Shown one piece after another: positions 17,118 through 28,990 of a stretch of DNA of 32,000 bases. Source of the stretch: Bacteroidota bacterium (lineage in GTDB: Bacteria > Bacteroidota > Bacteroidia > Chitinophagales > Chitinophagaceae); NCBI GenBank assembly GCA_040385845.1, contig JAZKGP010000004.1:825334-857333 (forward strand). The letters run 5' to 3'. How positions within the stretch are numbered: position 1 is the stretch's first letter; every line of letters begins with the position of its first letter. The notes under the pieces are model-generated. The model saw nothing but the letters and a program-made list of their open reading frames with translations. It was not told where the DNA came from and ran no database searches. A program made the position numbers and the translations under genes.

Positions 17118-18095
17118 CTATTGCCTAACCAGCAATTCACATGGCTTCAAACCTGTATGTTTTTTAAATGCAGTGCTAAAATGTGATATGGATGAATAAC
17201 CAAGCAAAGAAGAAACGTCGGTTACACTGAGTCCTTTATCATACAAAAGATATTTGGCATGTTCCATTCTCTGGCCCTGGTAAAAATCGAAAATGGTGGT
17301 TCCAAACATTTCCTTAAAGCCTTTTTTCAGGTAACATTCATTGGTTGCTACCTTTCGGGCCAATTCCTTGATTGTAATTGGATCTCCAATATGTTCCAAC
17401 AATAATTCTCTCGCCCTTACAATTGTGTCGCGCCCTCTTTCATCTTCAAGGAATTTGCATTGATAAACTTTATCCCTGTCACCTTCACCAAACAAGCAAT
17501 CCAGGCTATAAACAAGCATAAATTGAATTTGACTATTCAGGAAAATATTTTCAAGCACATCGGTATACTTATGATTGAAAAGACTTTGAAGTATCACCCG
17601 GTTTTTATTACAAAGCGGGATAATATGAGATACTGATTGTGTATATTGGAATGATAGATATTTTTCAGCTTCACTAACAGCAACTTTTGATGTTAAAAAC
17701 TGTTTCAGGTAACTAAAAGTGAAACGAAAAGAGTAAACATCTACAGTATCAATTACGTCCGTACAATCAAGCAAACCGGTTTTTTTACAAACTACCCCTT
17801 CCTGGCATTCATCTTCATCGCAATAAGCCTGCCCTGAAAGGCAAAACTTTAGCTCCAGGGCATTTTCGCTGCTTTTTTTGGAAACGTATTTGTATTCAAG
17901 CATGCCAATATCATCCACCTGCCACCCAGGTTGCTTCACGTAACGGCGCATATCATATTCCACTGAATTTGGAATATGCTTTTCCTGTTTGGCGATCATA
18001 TTAAGCTGATCAACCATCAGGTCGCGGCTAACTGATTCTGATAAAATGGCTAGACTTTCATGCATAGGTTGCGAAATTAACAAAATAACTTTCAA
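17118..18095 (-). CDS. AraC-family transcriptional regulator (C-terminal double HTH; uncharacterised Cys-rich N-terminal domain)
   Basis: The C-terminus IKELARKVATNECYLKKGFKEMFGTTIFDFYQGQRMEHAKYLL....SVTDVSSLLGYSSISHFSTAFKKHTGLKPCE is classic AraC/XylS. The track start is a TTG at 18095, and an ATG at 18065 is an alternative. Confidence 0.85.
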   Translation of the reverse strand: MKVILLISQPMHESLAILSESVSRDLMVDQLNMIAKQEKHIPNSVEYDMRRYVKQPGWQVDDIGMLEYKYVSKKSSENALELKFCLSGQAYCDEDECQEGVVCKKTGLLDCTDVIDTVDVYSFRFTFSYLKQFLTSKVAVSEAEKYLSFQYTQSVSHIIPLCNKNRVILQSLFNHKYTDVLENIFLNSQIQFMLVYSLDCLFGEGDRDKVYQCKFLEDERGRDTIVRARELLLEHIGDPITIKELARKVATNECYLKKGFKEMFGTTIFDFYQGQRMEHAKYLLYDKGLSVTDVSSLLGYSSISHFSTAFKKHTGLKPCELLVRQ

Positions 18096-18394
18096 TGTTC
18101 AAACATCAGGCAGCACCCATCCTCCTTCGGAAACGTTCCCGGTTCAGATATGACTGTTTAATGACGAAACCCGAAAAGGAACGCCGGATGCACCTGGTCG
18201 TGTTCTTCATATTTTAAGCTCTTGTTTATTTTAAAGTTGCCTGCTTGCAAATTAGCCCGGTAATTAGCCATAATAATGATAAGTTGGCGCCGAAAACATT
18301 CTGCTCAGCCGATGGTGGAATAAACGATTGATTTTGTTGAAAACATTAAGGTTTTTGCTGTTTTATTAAGGCAATTTACTGCCCTATTTTTCGC

Positions 18395-18402
18395 TACATT
18401 TG
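18395..18402 (+). promoter_or_regulatory. Bacteroidota-type -7 promoter element TACATTTG upstream of gyrB
   Basis: Exact TAnnTTTG match 126 nt upstream of the gyrB ATG. No convincing -33 TTTG partner was identified. Confidence 0.3.
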
Positions 18403-18464
18403 CGCTCCTCCAAAGGCCGCCAGCAAGTATAATTTTGTAGCATGTGACAGAGTATGTCGGATAG

Positions 18465-20507
<2,043 letters not shown>

Positions 20508-20529
20508 TCTAAAAGAATATTTAAAACTA

Positions 20530-20555
20530 AAAAACCGCGGACTGCCGCGGTTTTT
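20530..20555. terminator. Bidirectional hairpin between gyrB and the convergent hypothetical gene
   Basis: AAAAACCGCGG (20530-20540), ACTG loop, CCGCGGTTTTT (20545-20555), giving a perfect 11-bp stem. Confidence 0.8.
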
Positions 20556-20573
20556 TAGTGAGTTTTCAACTTT

Positions 20574-21383
20574 TCATTCTTTGATCTCTTCAATTACTGA
20601 ACGGCCGCCGCCGGTTTTATTGCCGGTCCACTCCCAATCTTCATACAAAATAATACGACCATCGTTTAAAAATTCTGTTGCTGATTGTGAAACACCTGTA
20701 TTTATTTCATTGCCATTATTCAATTGTAAATAGTTGATCTGGCAATCACCGTTTTTTGCCATCCGCCCTATGAGAACCCCTCTTTGAATGGTGCCACCCG
20801 AATAGGTACCCCATACAATATTGTCTTTTTGAAAATACTCAAATAATGTTTCTTCGCTTACTTCTCCATTAATAGTATTCATCTTTGGCCGCATCCGCCT
20901 GTTGTGCAAACAGATTTTATCGGGCAACAACTTGCGCCTGTAAATAACTACTGGTTCAGCATCTACTTGTTTAAATAATTGTGATTCCAAAAGGCCGGGG
21001 AAGTCGCCATGTAAAGTACCAGAAGCTTCAATGGTGAATACACACCGGTTCTTAAAATATTGCATACCATATTGAAGCATTAATACAGCCAATTCATCCT
21101 TGATAGATGAGTCTGTAAAAATCATAGCATCTATTACGGCGGTTCCGGGATTTGACGGAGAAATGTAAGAAATTAGTAAGCCCTCACAAACCCCCTCACC
21201 AGGGCTCAAACAAATTAAAATGGTGGCATGATGATGTACGCAATATGCTACAGTTACTGCTTCGAATGGCCTGCCATTAACCCTGCTGAAATTTGAAGCA
21301 AGGGTGGCTTCTGCCTTATCTAGCATACGGATGGTGTAACCGGTCGTGTCAGGCATATTGGTTTGGTTGTTACCTGCATCCAT
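20574..21383 (-). CDS. Two-domain hypothetical protein (possible acetyltransferase-like N-terminal half; small conserved C-terminal beta domain)
   Basis: 269-aa ORF between a terminator and a divergent promoter region. The C-terminal ~105 aa (NGEVSEETLFEYFQKDNIVWGTYSGGTIQRGVLIGRM...NYLQLN..GEI.TG.S....FL.DGRI.L.E.W.WT) resemble a family of ~100-aa stand-alone bacterial proteins, as far as I recall. The N-terminal assignment is weak. Confidence 0.5.
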   Translation of the reverse strand: MDAGNNQTNMPDTTGYTIRMLDKAEATLASNFSRVNGRPFEAVTVAYCVHHHATILICLSPGEGVCEGLLISYISPSNPGTAVIDAMIFTDSSIKDELAVLMLQYGMQYFKNRCVFTIEASGTLHGDFPGLLESQLFKQVDAEPVVIYRRKLLPDKICLHNRRMRPKMNTINGEVSEETLFEYFQKDNIVWGTYSGGTIQRGVLIGRMAKNGDCQINYLQLNNGNEINTGVSQSATEFLNDGRIILYEDWEWTGNKTGGGRSVIEEIKE

Positions 21384-21617
21384 ATTTTGGTTGCAGGATG
21401 TAAAATAACAGGTTTGCAGTTTTTTAAGATAGCCGGACAGTTCGAAACTGTGCCCGTAGAACCCTTTTAGGCCGAAAAGCGGCGAACTTTAGTTTTTTAT
21501 TAGCAGAAATAGCTCGTCCATTAACTGGTTTGTGTATAAAAAAAAATTTACCTGCTTGAGGTATGACTGCAAAAAGGTTACTTTGACCCCTAATTACTAA
21601 TCTTAAAAATTAATACA

Positions 21618-21824
21618 ATGGACAGTTCGAAGATGCTTACCGCATATTGCCTTAAAACAAAAGAGAAAAATGTGCCTATGCAGGATGCAGTAGTTACCAA
21701 AACTGCCAGGGGTGGTTATATGGCACAGGGGCATGATGGTAAAGGAAATAAAATGACTGCTATTCTTGCTGAAGCAAAAGCAATGAAAGCAATTGAAGAT
21801 GGCGTTGCCAAACAAGGTTGGTAA
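21618..21824 (+). CDS. Small (68 aa) hypothetical protein, possibly a cysteine-depleted zinc-ribbon-like fold
   Basis: It has its own upstream region and a downstream hairpin, and its composition is lysine-rich. The pattern AYC.K.K.K...M.DA.V.KT..G.....G.D..G.KM..I recalls DUF5679-type ribbons but lacks three of the four Cys. Confidence 0.5.
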   Translation: MDSSKMLTAYCLKTKEKNVPMQDAVVTKTARGGYMAQGHDGKGNKMTAILAEAKAMKAIEDGVAKQGW

Positions 21825-21847
21825 TAATTACATTTCCGCATAATAAT

Positions 21848-21879
21848 AAAGCCGCAGGTACCTGGTGTATCGCGGCTTT
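21848..21879. terminator. Hairpin between the small ORF and convergent pta
   Basis: AAAGCCGC (21848-21855) pairs with GCGGCTTT (21872-21879). The loop is 16 nt and contains the AGGTACCT palindrome. A T-rich tail follows. Confidence 0.5.
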
Positions 21880-21900
21880 ATTTTATTATAATGGAAAATA

Positions 21901-24000
21901 TTAGTATTCTTCCTTAACCTGGGTAGCTTGTATTGCAGTTAAGGCAATGGTGTAAACAATATCGTCTACCAAAGCTCCACGGGACAGGTCATTTACAGGC
22001 TTGCGCAATCCCTGCAACATGGGGCCTACACTTACCACATTGGCACTCCGCTGAACCGCTTTGTAAGTAGTATTACCCGTATTTAGATCCGGGAAAACAA
22101 ACACATTTGCCTGTCCGGCAACAGGGCTTTCCGGGGATTTTTGCCTGCCTACACTTTCAACTGTAGCTGCATCGTATTGTAATGGACCATCAAGTACTAT
22201 ATCAGGTCTTTTTTCTTTTGCAATCCGGGTCGCTTCTTTTACTTTCTCTACATCAGCACCTGTACCGGAAGCACCGGTTGAATAGGATATCATGGCAACT
22301 TTAGGATCGAGCCCAAATGCCTTGGCAGAATCCGCGCTCTGAATGGCAATATCCGCCAGTTCCTCTGCAGTTGGGTCGGGATTAACGGCACAATCACCAT
22401 AAACATATACCTGGTCGGGCATCAGCATAAAAAATATGGATGAAACAATGGATGCCCCCGGTGCAGTTCGTATCAACTGGAGAGCCGGCCTGATCGTGTT
22501 GGCTGTTGTATGCACGGCACCAGAAACAAGCCCGTCCACCTCACCAACTACAACCATCATTGTTCCCAATACGACATTGTCACCCAACTGATCTTCAGCC
22601 TGTTGTTCTGTTATTCCTTTTGATTTTCTTAGTTCTGCATATCTTGAAACATATTTATAACGAACAGTATCGGGGTCTACAATTTCAAGATCAGAAGGTA
22701 ATATTACATCCTGTGCATCAGCGATGGCCAGTATGCTTTCTTTTTTGCCCAATAAGATACATTTTGCAATGCCTTTTTCATGGCAAAGTGCTGCTGCTTT
22801 GATAGTTCTTGGCTCATCTCCTTCCGGTAATACGATCTTTTTACCTGCTTTATTTGCCGCTTTTATTAATTGGTAACGAAAAGCTGCAGGTGGCATCCGC
22901 TTCTCGGAAGGATCACCAATGCGATCTTTTAAAGATCCTGCATCCAGGTTATCAGCTACATGATCTACCAGCTTCGTTATTCTTTCAATGTCATCAGCGG
23001 GTATATGGGAGTCCATTTTTGCCAGCAGGTTAACGGTATCATAAGTAGTGTGTTCTGTGAGCATTACCGGTATTTTTTGGGATAATGCCTGTGCACACAA
23101 CACCCTGATACTTTCCTTTGGCATAAAATTGTTGGTGAGTAAAATACCTGCAATTGGTACACCCCGCAGCACGGCGAGTGAAGTTGCCAGTAAGATATCA
23201 TCCCTGTCGCCAGCAGTAATAATTAATGCACCTGCCCTTAACCTTCCGGCTATAAATTCCACCGAGCGGGAAGCTACCATTACGTCATACATCCTTGCCT
23301 GCTTCATATTTCCGTCGGCAAGAATTTTACATCGCATATGTTCTGCAACATCCGAAACCCGGGGAGCAGCTAATACATGGTTGTAGGGTACAATTCCTAA
23401 TAAAGGCAAGTTGCTTCCTGTAATTGTTTTGCTGAAAGGTGCAATCCGGGTCTCTATTTCCTGCAGGGTGAGTTCAGCAGGAGTTTTGCTCAAAATATAT
23501 CCTGCGAAAGATGTTTTTTGAACGCCACCATATTGCTGTACTGCCAGTTCTATCTGCTCTGCTATACCCGAAGGTGATAATTGATCTGCTGCAACTACTA
23601 AAATTACCTGGGCCTGTAAATTCCGCGCAACTTCTACATTCAAAGCCGACAATACCGGCCGGTTTGGATGCTGAGCAATGCCTTCAACAATCAATACATC
23701 GTTACTATCCATTGCCTGCTGAAACAATGTAACCACTTCTTCCATCAGCAAATCAGATTGACCTGTACTTAATAACTTTTCGGCATGATCAATATGCATT
23801 GGTTCAGGCGATTGTATCTTAAACAATGCTTCTGCAAATATTTTTGATCTGTCGCTGTCCTTGCCGATATACAGTGTATCCGAAATAGGTTTTATAAACC
23901 CGGATTTGATACCTAATTGTTCTAATGCCCGAACGGTACCGAGGGATATTGAAGTAAGGGCAGCATCCATTCCTACCGGGGCCAGATAATATGTTTTCAT
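21901..24000 (-). CDS. pta: Phosphate acetyltransferase, long form (N-terminal P-loop-like/DRTGG region plus C-terminal PTA_PTB domain)
   Basis: 699 aa. The C-terminal domain has IVLPEGDEPR, GAVHTTA.T.RPALQ, DCAVNPDP and NVFVFPDLNTGNTTYK motifs. It lies directly downstream of ackA. Confidence 0.93.
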   Translation of the reverse strand: MKTYYLAPVGMDAALTSISLGTVRALEQLGIKSGFIKPISDTLYIGKDSDRSKIFAEALFKIQSPEPMHIDHAEKLLSTGQSDLLMEEVVTLFQQAMDSNDVLIVEGIAQHPNRPVLSALNVEVARNLQAQVILVVAADQLSPSGIAEQIELAVQQYGGVQKTSFAGYILSKTPAELTLQEIETRIAPFSKTITGSNLPLLGIVPYNHVLAAPRVSDVAEHMRCKILADGNMKQARMYDVMVASRSVEFIAGRLRAGALIITAGDRDDILLATSLAVLRGVPIAGILLTNNFMPKESIRVLCAQALSQKIPVMLTEHTTYDTVNLLAKMDSHIPADDIERITKLVDHVADNLDAGSLKDRIGDPSEKRMPPAAFRYQLIKAANKAGKKIVLPEGDEPRTIKAAALCHEKGIAKCILLGKKESILAIADAQDVILPSDLEIVDPDTVRYKYVSRYAELRKSKGITEQQAEDQLGDNVVLGTMMVVVGEVDGLVSGAVHTTANTIRPALQLIRTAPGASIVSSIFFMLMPDQVYVYGDCAVNPDPTAEELADIAIQSADSAKAFGLDPKVAMISYSTGASGTGADVEKVKEATRIAKEKRPDIVLDGPLQYDAATVESVGRQKSPESPVAGQANVFVFPDLNTGNTTYKAVQRSANVVSVGPMLQGLRKPVNDLSRGALVDDIVYTIALTAIQATQVKEEY

Positions 24001-24068
24001 AAAAAATTTTAATTTCTTCCAAACAGGCGTAAGCTTGTTCGGTTATTTCAGGCATACAGCCTTAGCTA

Positions 24069-25277
24069 TTAATTAATTGCTGGTGCTTCAATTGCCGCAA
24101 CTACCCGGATGGTTTCCAGAGCAATCATCAACTCTTCATTGGTATTGATAACCAATACCCTGGTACTACCCTCTTCTGAAATGATTCCCGGCTTGCCTCT
24201 AGTAGCTTTGATATTTGCAGCATTGTCAACCTTATAACCCAGTACAGCCAGTCTTTCCAATGTTTTAGCCCGCACTTTATATGCATTTTCTCCAATGCCA
24301 CCGGTAAAGATCAACGCATCGACTCTTGGTAAAGACACCGACAAGGAAGCGATATATTTAGCTAACCTGAAAACAAACACCTCAATTGCAAGCATCGAAG
24401 CTTCATGTCCATTATCAGCAGCCTGTTGTAGTTCACGCATGTCGGCCGAAAGACCAGATAACCCCAGCAAACCGCTTTTTTTATTCAGGAGATTTTCAAC
24501 TTCTACCACGTTAATACGGAGGGCTCCTGCGAGGTAGGCATGCAGGCCCGGGTCAACATCCCCTGAACGGGTGCCCATAACCAAACCTTCAAGCGGCGTA
24601 AAACCCATGGAGGTATCAACGCTTTTGCCATTTAAGATGGCGGAAGCACTGGCACCATTACCGAGATGGGCAGTTATAAAAGCGCTATCCTCCAGTGGAA
24701 TATTGAGCAGTTTAGCAGCCTCCATGCTTACATATTGATGGCTTGTACCATGAAAACCATATCTTCTTACACCATAATCGGTATAAAAAGTTTGAGGTAA
24801 TGCATACCGAAAAGCATGCGAAGGCAACGTTTGATGAAATGCAGTATCAAAAACAGCTACCTGTGGCAAACTGGGCATGGCAGTGATAGCCGCTTCAATT
24901 CCCGCAAGGTTTGCGGGGTTATGCAAAGGTGCAAAAGGAACACACTTTCGGATTGCTTCTAAAACAGGTTCAGTGATAAGCGTTGATGATTTAAAAAACT
25001 CGCCACCATGCACTACCCGGTGACCAACGGCTGCAATGTTACCAGGTAATTGATGATATTGTAAAAACTGCAAAATGGCATGCATGGCATCTTCATGACT
25101 ACCAATGGGCAGCAATACAGTCTGCTTTTCTGATAAGTAAGAGGTATGTAAACACGCTCCGTCCATTCCAAGTTTTTCTGCCAGGCCAGAACATACGAGG
25201 CTTTTATCAGCAACACCAATTAATGAAAACTTAATCGAAGAACTTCCGCTATTTATAACTAGTACCCTGTTTTGCAT
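24069..25277 (-). CDS. ackA: Acetate kinase
   Basis: VLVINSGSSSIKFSL, GHRVVHGG, AFHQT.P, YGFHGTSH and FTGGIGEN motifs are present. I prefer the ATG at 25277 (MQNRVLVIN...) to the TTG at 25343. Confidence 0.95.
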   Translation of the reverse strand: MQNRVLVINSGSSSIKFSLIGVADKSLVCSGLAEKLGMDGACLHTSYLSEKQTVLLPIGSHEDAMHAILQFLQYHQLPGNIAAVGHRVVHGGEFFKSSTLITEPVLEAIRKCVPFAPLHNPANLAGIEAAITAMPSLPQVAVFDTAFHQTLPSHAFRYALPQTFYTDYGVRRYGFHGTSHQYVSMEAAKLLNIPLEDSAFITAHLGNGASASAILNGKSVDTSMGFTPLEGLVMGTRSGDVDPGLHAYLAGALRINVVEVENLLNKKSGLLGLSGLSADMRELQQAADNGHEASMLAIEVFVFRLAKYIASLSVSLPRVDALIFTGGIGENAYKVRAKTLERLAVLGYKVDNAANIKATRGKPGIISEEGSTRVLVINTNEELMIALETIRVVAAIEAPAIN

Positions 25278-25370
25278 AAATTGAAATGTAGGTAAAAGGT
25301 TCAGAAGTCGAACTTTTGAGACCGCTTTTTTAAATCGCGGCAAATATCAGCCATCAAGAAAAATCGCTAC

Positions 25371-25384
25371 ATGATTACAGTCAT
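25371..25384 (-). promoter_or_regulatory. Candidate CRP/FNR-type operator ATGACTGTAATCAT (copy 2, upstream of ackA-pta)
   Basis: The minus strand reads ATGACTGTAATCAT, identical to 7421-7434. It lies 94 nt upstream of the ackA ATG. A -7-like GATATTTG (25348-25341) has its TTTG starting 26 nt downstream of the box. Confidence 0.35.
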
Positions 25385-25532
25385 TTACAGTACTGTTTAA
25401 GAATTGCCCGGCAATAAGTTGGTTTCATGAAAAAACGACTTCTCGATTATAAAATCGATGTAAATAATCGGAAAAATTGGGTACAATGCCTCAATATCAG
25501 TATGCATAAAAACCTTAAGTGCCGTGGTTCCT

Positions 25533-25540
25533 TACCTTTG
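25533..25540 (+). promoter_or_regulatory. Bacteroidota-type -7 promoter element TACCTTTG upstream of ileS
   Basis: Exact TAnnTTTG match 44 nt upstream of the preferred ileS ATG (25584). Confidence 0.35.
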
Positions 25541-25583
25541 CGCACATTTTTAAAACAACCTTGTGTTGAACCCCGATATTAAA

Positions 25584-28500
25584 ATGGACCAGTTGAAATA
25601 TAAAGAATTTTCAGGCCTTAATCTTCCGGCAATAGGTGAAGAAATGCTGGCCACGTGGACAAAAGAAAACGCATTCGAAAAATCTGTTTCACTTCGCGAA
25701 GGTGCAACTCCTTTTGTTTTTTATGAAGGACCTCCCAGTGCTAATGGCATGCCCGGAATTCACCATGTAATTAGCCGTACACTAAAGGACCTGGTGTGCC
25801 GCTATAAAACCATGCAGGGATTCCAGGTTACACGTAAAGGAGGATGGGATACTCATGGATTGCCGATTGAACTGGGGGTCGAAAAAGAACTTGGCATCAC
25901 TAAAGAAGATATTGGAAAGAAAATTTCCGTTGAAGATTACAATAAGAAATGCCGGGAAGCTGTACTACGCTATAAGGACAAGTGGGACGATATTACCCGT
26001 AAAATGGGTTATTGGGTCGATCTTGAAAAGCCATATGTGACTTTCGAAAATAACTATATAGAAACATTATGGTGGTTATTAAAAAAAATGTACGACAGGG
26101 GGTTGTTGTATGAAAGCGTAAGTATTCAGCCCTATAGCCCTGCGGCCGGAACGGGTTTAAGCAGCCATGAATTAAATCAGCCCGGTACTTATAAAGATGT
26201 AAAGGATACCAGCGCAACGGTTATGTTTCGTGCCAAACAGGATGAGAAAAGTAAATTCCTGCACGATTTGGTTGACGGCGCCGAAGTATTTTTTATGGCG
26301 TGGACAACAACACCCTGGACCTTGCCATCCAATCTTGGGTTAACTGCGGGTCCTGCCATTGATTATGTGCTGGTTCAAACTTTTAATCCTTACACGCATT
26401 TACCGGTAAACGTAATATTGGCTAAAGCACTCGTTGGTAAATACCTGAAAGCGGAAGGTGAAAATGGGGATTTTGGTGCTTATTCCAGGGAAACCAAATT
26501 GATTCCATGGAAGGTAATTTCTGAGTTCAAAGGAAAGGATATTGAAGGTTGCCAGTACGAGCAATTACTGCCTTACGAAGCCAACAACCTGGATGCCATC
26601 GAATTAATTACCCCTGGTGCAAAGCCTTTTGTAGTTATGTGCGACAGCTTTGTGACCACTGAAGATGGTACCGGCATCGTGCACACCGCCCCCGCTTTTG
26701 GTGCCGACGATTATAAAGTAGGTAAAAAAAATAATATTGGCATTTTAACCATGGTTGACCGCGAAGGAAAATTTGTTCATGGTATGGGCGAGTTTAGCGG
26801 CAGGTATGTAAAAAATTACAAAGACGAGAAAGATTATGTTGATGTTAATGTGGATATAGCAGTAAAGCTGAAGCTGGAGAACCGTGCTTTTAAAGTTGAA
26901 AAATACGAGCATAGCTACCCGCATTGCTGGCGTACTGACAAACCTATTCTTTACTACCCTCTTGATGCCTGGTTTATAAAAACTACCGCCCTGAAAGACA
27001 GGATGGTGGAATTAAATAAAACCATTCGTTGGAAACCTGCCAGTACCGGCACCGGCCGTTTTGGAAATTGGCTGGAAAATATGGTAGACTGGAACCTGAG
27101 CCGCAGCCGGTTTTGGGGAACGCCGTTACCCGTTTGGCGCACCGACGACGGCGAAGAAGAAATATGCATTGGGTCCATCGCCTCCCTGAACGAAGAAATT
27201 AAAAAAGCCAGCGATGTACTTGGCGGCGAGGTAAATAAACATTACCTGAACGACGGCATATTGGATCTGCACAAGCCCTTTGTGGATGATGTGATCCTGG
27301 TTTCTGCTTCCGGCAAACCAATGAAACGCGTACCCGACCTGATCGATGTATGGTTCGACAGTGGCGCTATGCCTTATGCACAACAACATTTTCCCTTTGA
27401 AAACAAGGAAATGTTTGCCCGTAATTACCCTGCCGATTTTATCGCCGAAGGTGTAGACCAAACAAGAGGCTGGTTTTATACGTTGCATGCAATTGGATCG
27501 TTGATAAAAGAGGATGTTATTGCTGAACTTGAAGCTGCGGGCTTACCAACCGATAAAGTAGACGGCCGTGCATACAAAACCGTTGTAAGTAATGGACTGG
27601 TGTTGGACAAGGACGGTAATAAAATGAGCAAACGTCTTGGAAACGTAGTAGATCCTTTTAAAACCATTGCCGATTTTGGCGCCGATGCTACCCGTTGGTA
27701 CCTAATCACGAATGCAAGCCCATGGGATAACCTGAAATTTGATATAAACGGTATTAAAGAAGTACAGCGCAAATTTTTTGGAACGCTTTACAATACCTAC
27801 CAGTTTTTTGCTTTATATGCCAATGTAGATGGCTTCAATTTTAAAGAAGCCTATATTTCGTTGGAAGAAAGACCTGAAATTGACCGATGGATTCTTTCCT
27901 CTTTAAATACCCTGGTGAAGGAGGTAACGGCTTCCATGGATGACTATGAGCCTACGCAGGCGGGCAGGTTAATGGAACAATTTGTAGATGAACACCTGAG
28001 CAACTGGTACGTTAGGCTTTGCCGTCGCCGGTTTTGGAAGGGAGACTACGAACACGATAAAATTTGCGCCTACCAAACCTTATACGAGTGCCTTGAAACG
28101 CTCACCAGGCTGGTTGCTCCCATCTCGCCGTTTTTTAGCGACAAAATTTTCCAGGTGTTAAATAATGTTACCAGGCGATTTGAAGTACAGTCTGTGCATC
28201 ATACCAACTACCCGGCAGCAAATGAAACCGCAATCGATACAAGCCTGGAAGAAAGAATGCAGTTGGCACAAGATTTAAGCAGCCTGGTACTGAGCCTTCG
28301 TAAAAAGGTGAATATCAAAGTTCGGCAACCGCTTCAAAAAATGCTGGTGCCGGTTTTGAACACAAACATGAAGACACAGCTGGAGAAGATAGCGGATCTT
28401 GTAAAGGCGGAGGTTAATGTAAAAGAAATTGAATACCTGGCCGATACAGAAGGTTTTATTAAAAAGAAAATCAAACCAAACTTTATTGCACTCGGCAAAA

Positions 28501-28988
28501 AGCTGGGTTCAAAAATGAAAGGAGTTTCCGCAGCTATAGCTAGCTTTTCAGCTGCAGACATTACTTTAATTGAAAAAGAAGGTGCTATAACCATTGATAT
28601 AGAAGGTGAACCATTAACGTTATCGCTATCGGAAGTTGACATATCGGCAGATGATATACCCGGCTGGAGTGTGGCTTCAAAGGGAGCTTTAACGGTGGCT
28701 TTGGATATCACGCTAACTGAACATTTACTGCGTGAGGGAGCCGCAAGGGAGATGGTAAACCGGATTCAGAACATAAGGAAAGACAATGGATTGGAGTTAA
28801 CAGATCGCATCCATGTTAACTGGTCGGGACCAGAAAATATTAGCCAATCATTCAATGTTTTCAAATCATATATTTGCGCGGAAATTTTGGCAGATTCAAT
28901 GAACTGGGTGCCTGTTTTAGCTGATGGCACTGAAATTGAAGTGAATGAGGCCAAATTAAAGGTTCAAATAATAAAAAAGGAAGTTTAA
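25584..28988 (+). CDS. ileS: Isoleucine--tRNA ligase (long, type-2 form)
   Basis: PPSANGMPGIHHV (HIGH-type), WTTTPWTLPSN (editing domain), KMSKRLGN (KMSKS) and a long C-terminal extension are present. I prefer the ATG at 25584 (MDQLKYKEF...) to the GTG at 25563. Confidence 0.96.
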   Translation: MDQLKYKEFSGLNLPAIGEEMLATWTKENAFEKSVSLREGATPFVFYEGPPSANGMPGIHHVISRTLKDLVCRYKTMQGFQVTRKGGWDTHGLPIELGVEKELGITKEDIGKKISVEDYNKKCREAVLRYKDKWDDITRKMGYWVDLEKPYVTFENNYIETLWWLLKKMYDRGLLYESVSIQPYSPAAGTGLSSHELNQPGTYKDVKDTSATVMFRAKQDEKSKFLHDLVDGAEVFFMAWTTTPWTLPSNLGLTAGPAIDYVLVQTFNPYTHLPVNVILAKALVGKYLKAEGENGDFGAYSRETKLIPWKVISEFKGKDIEGCQYEQLLPYEANNLDAIELITPGAKPFVVMCDSFVTTEDGTGIVHTAPAFGADDYKVGKKNNIGILTMVDREGKFVHGMGEFSGRYVKNYKDEKDYVDVNVDIAVKLKLENRAFKVEKYEHSYPHCWRTDKPILYYPLDAWFIKTTALKDRMVELNKTIRWKPASTGTGRFGNWLENMVDWNLSRSRFWGTPLPVWRTDDGEEEICIGSIASLNEEIKKASDVLGGEVNKHYLNDGILDLHKPFVDDVILVSASGKPMKRVPDLIDVWFDSGAMPYAQQHFPFENKEMFARNYPADFIAEGVDQTRGWFYTLHAIGSLIKEDVIAELEAAGLPTDKVDGRAYKTVVSNGLVLDKDGNKMSKRLGNVVDPFKTIADFGADATRWYLITNASPWDNLKFDINGIKEVQRKFFGTLYNTYQFFALYANVDGFNFKEAYISLEERPEIDRWILSSLNTLVKEVTASMDDYEPTQAGRLMEQFVDEHLSNWYVRLCRRRFWKGDYEHDKICAYQTLYECLETLTRLVAPISPFFSDKIFQVLNNVTRRFEVQSVHHTNYPAANETAIDTSLEERMQLAQDLSSLVLSLRKKVNIKVRQPLQKMLVPVLNTNMKTQLEKIADLVKAEVNVKEIEYLADTEGFIKKKIKPNFIALGKKLGSKMKGVSAAIASFSAADITLIEKEGAITIDIEGEPLTLSLSEVDISADDIPGWSVASKGALTVALDITLTEHLLREGAAREMVNRIQNIRKDNGLELTDRIHVNWSGPENISQSFNVFKSYICAEILADSMNWVPVLADGTEIEVNEAKLKVQIIKKEV

Positions 28989-28990
28989 CG

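Noticed and set aside
18106-18210. 34-aa highly basic minus-strand ORF (MKNTTRCIRRSFSGFVIKQSYLNRERFRRRMGAA) upstream of the AraC gene.
   Set aside because: It is too short and has no supporting signal. I cannot distinguish it from chance without conservation or Ribo-seq data.
25278-25583. T-box, riboswitch or attenuator upstream of ileS, the small hairpin CGATTAT/ATAATCG (25444-25470), and a ~50-codon ORF starting at 25418.
   Set aside because: I could find no specifier/T-box sequence or terminator-antiterminator pair. The hairpin has only 7 bp and is AT-rich. The ORF has no supporting features.
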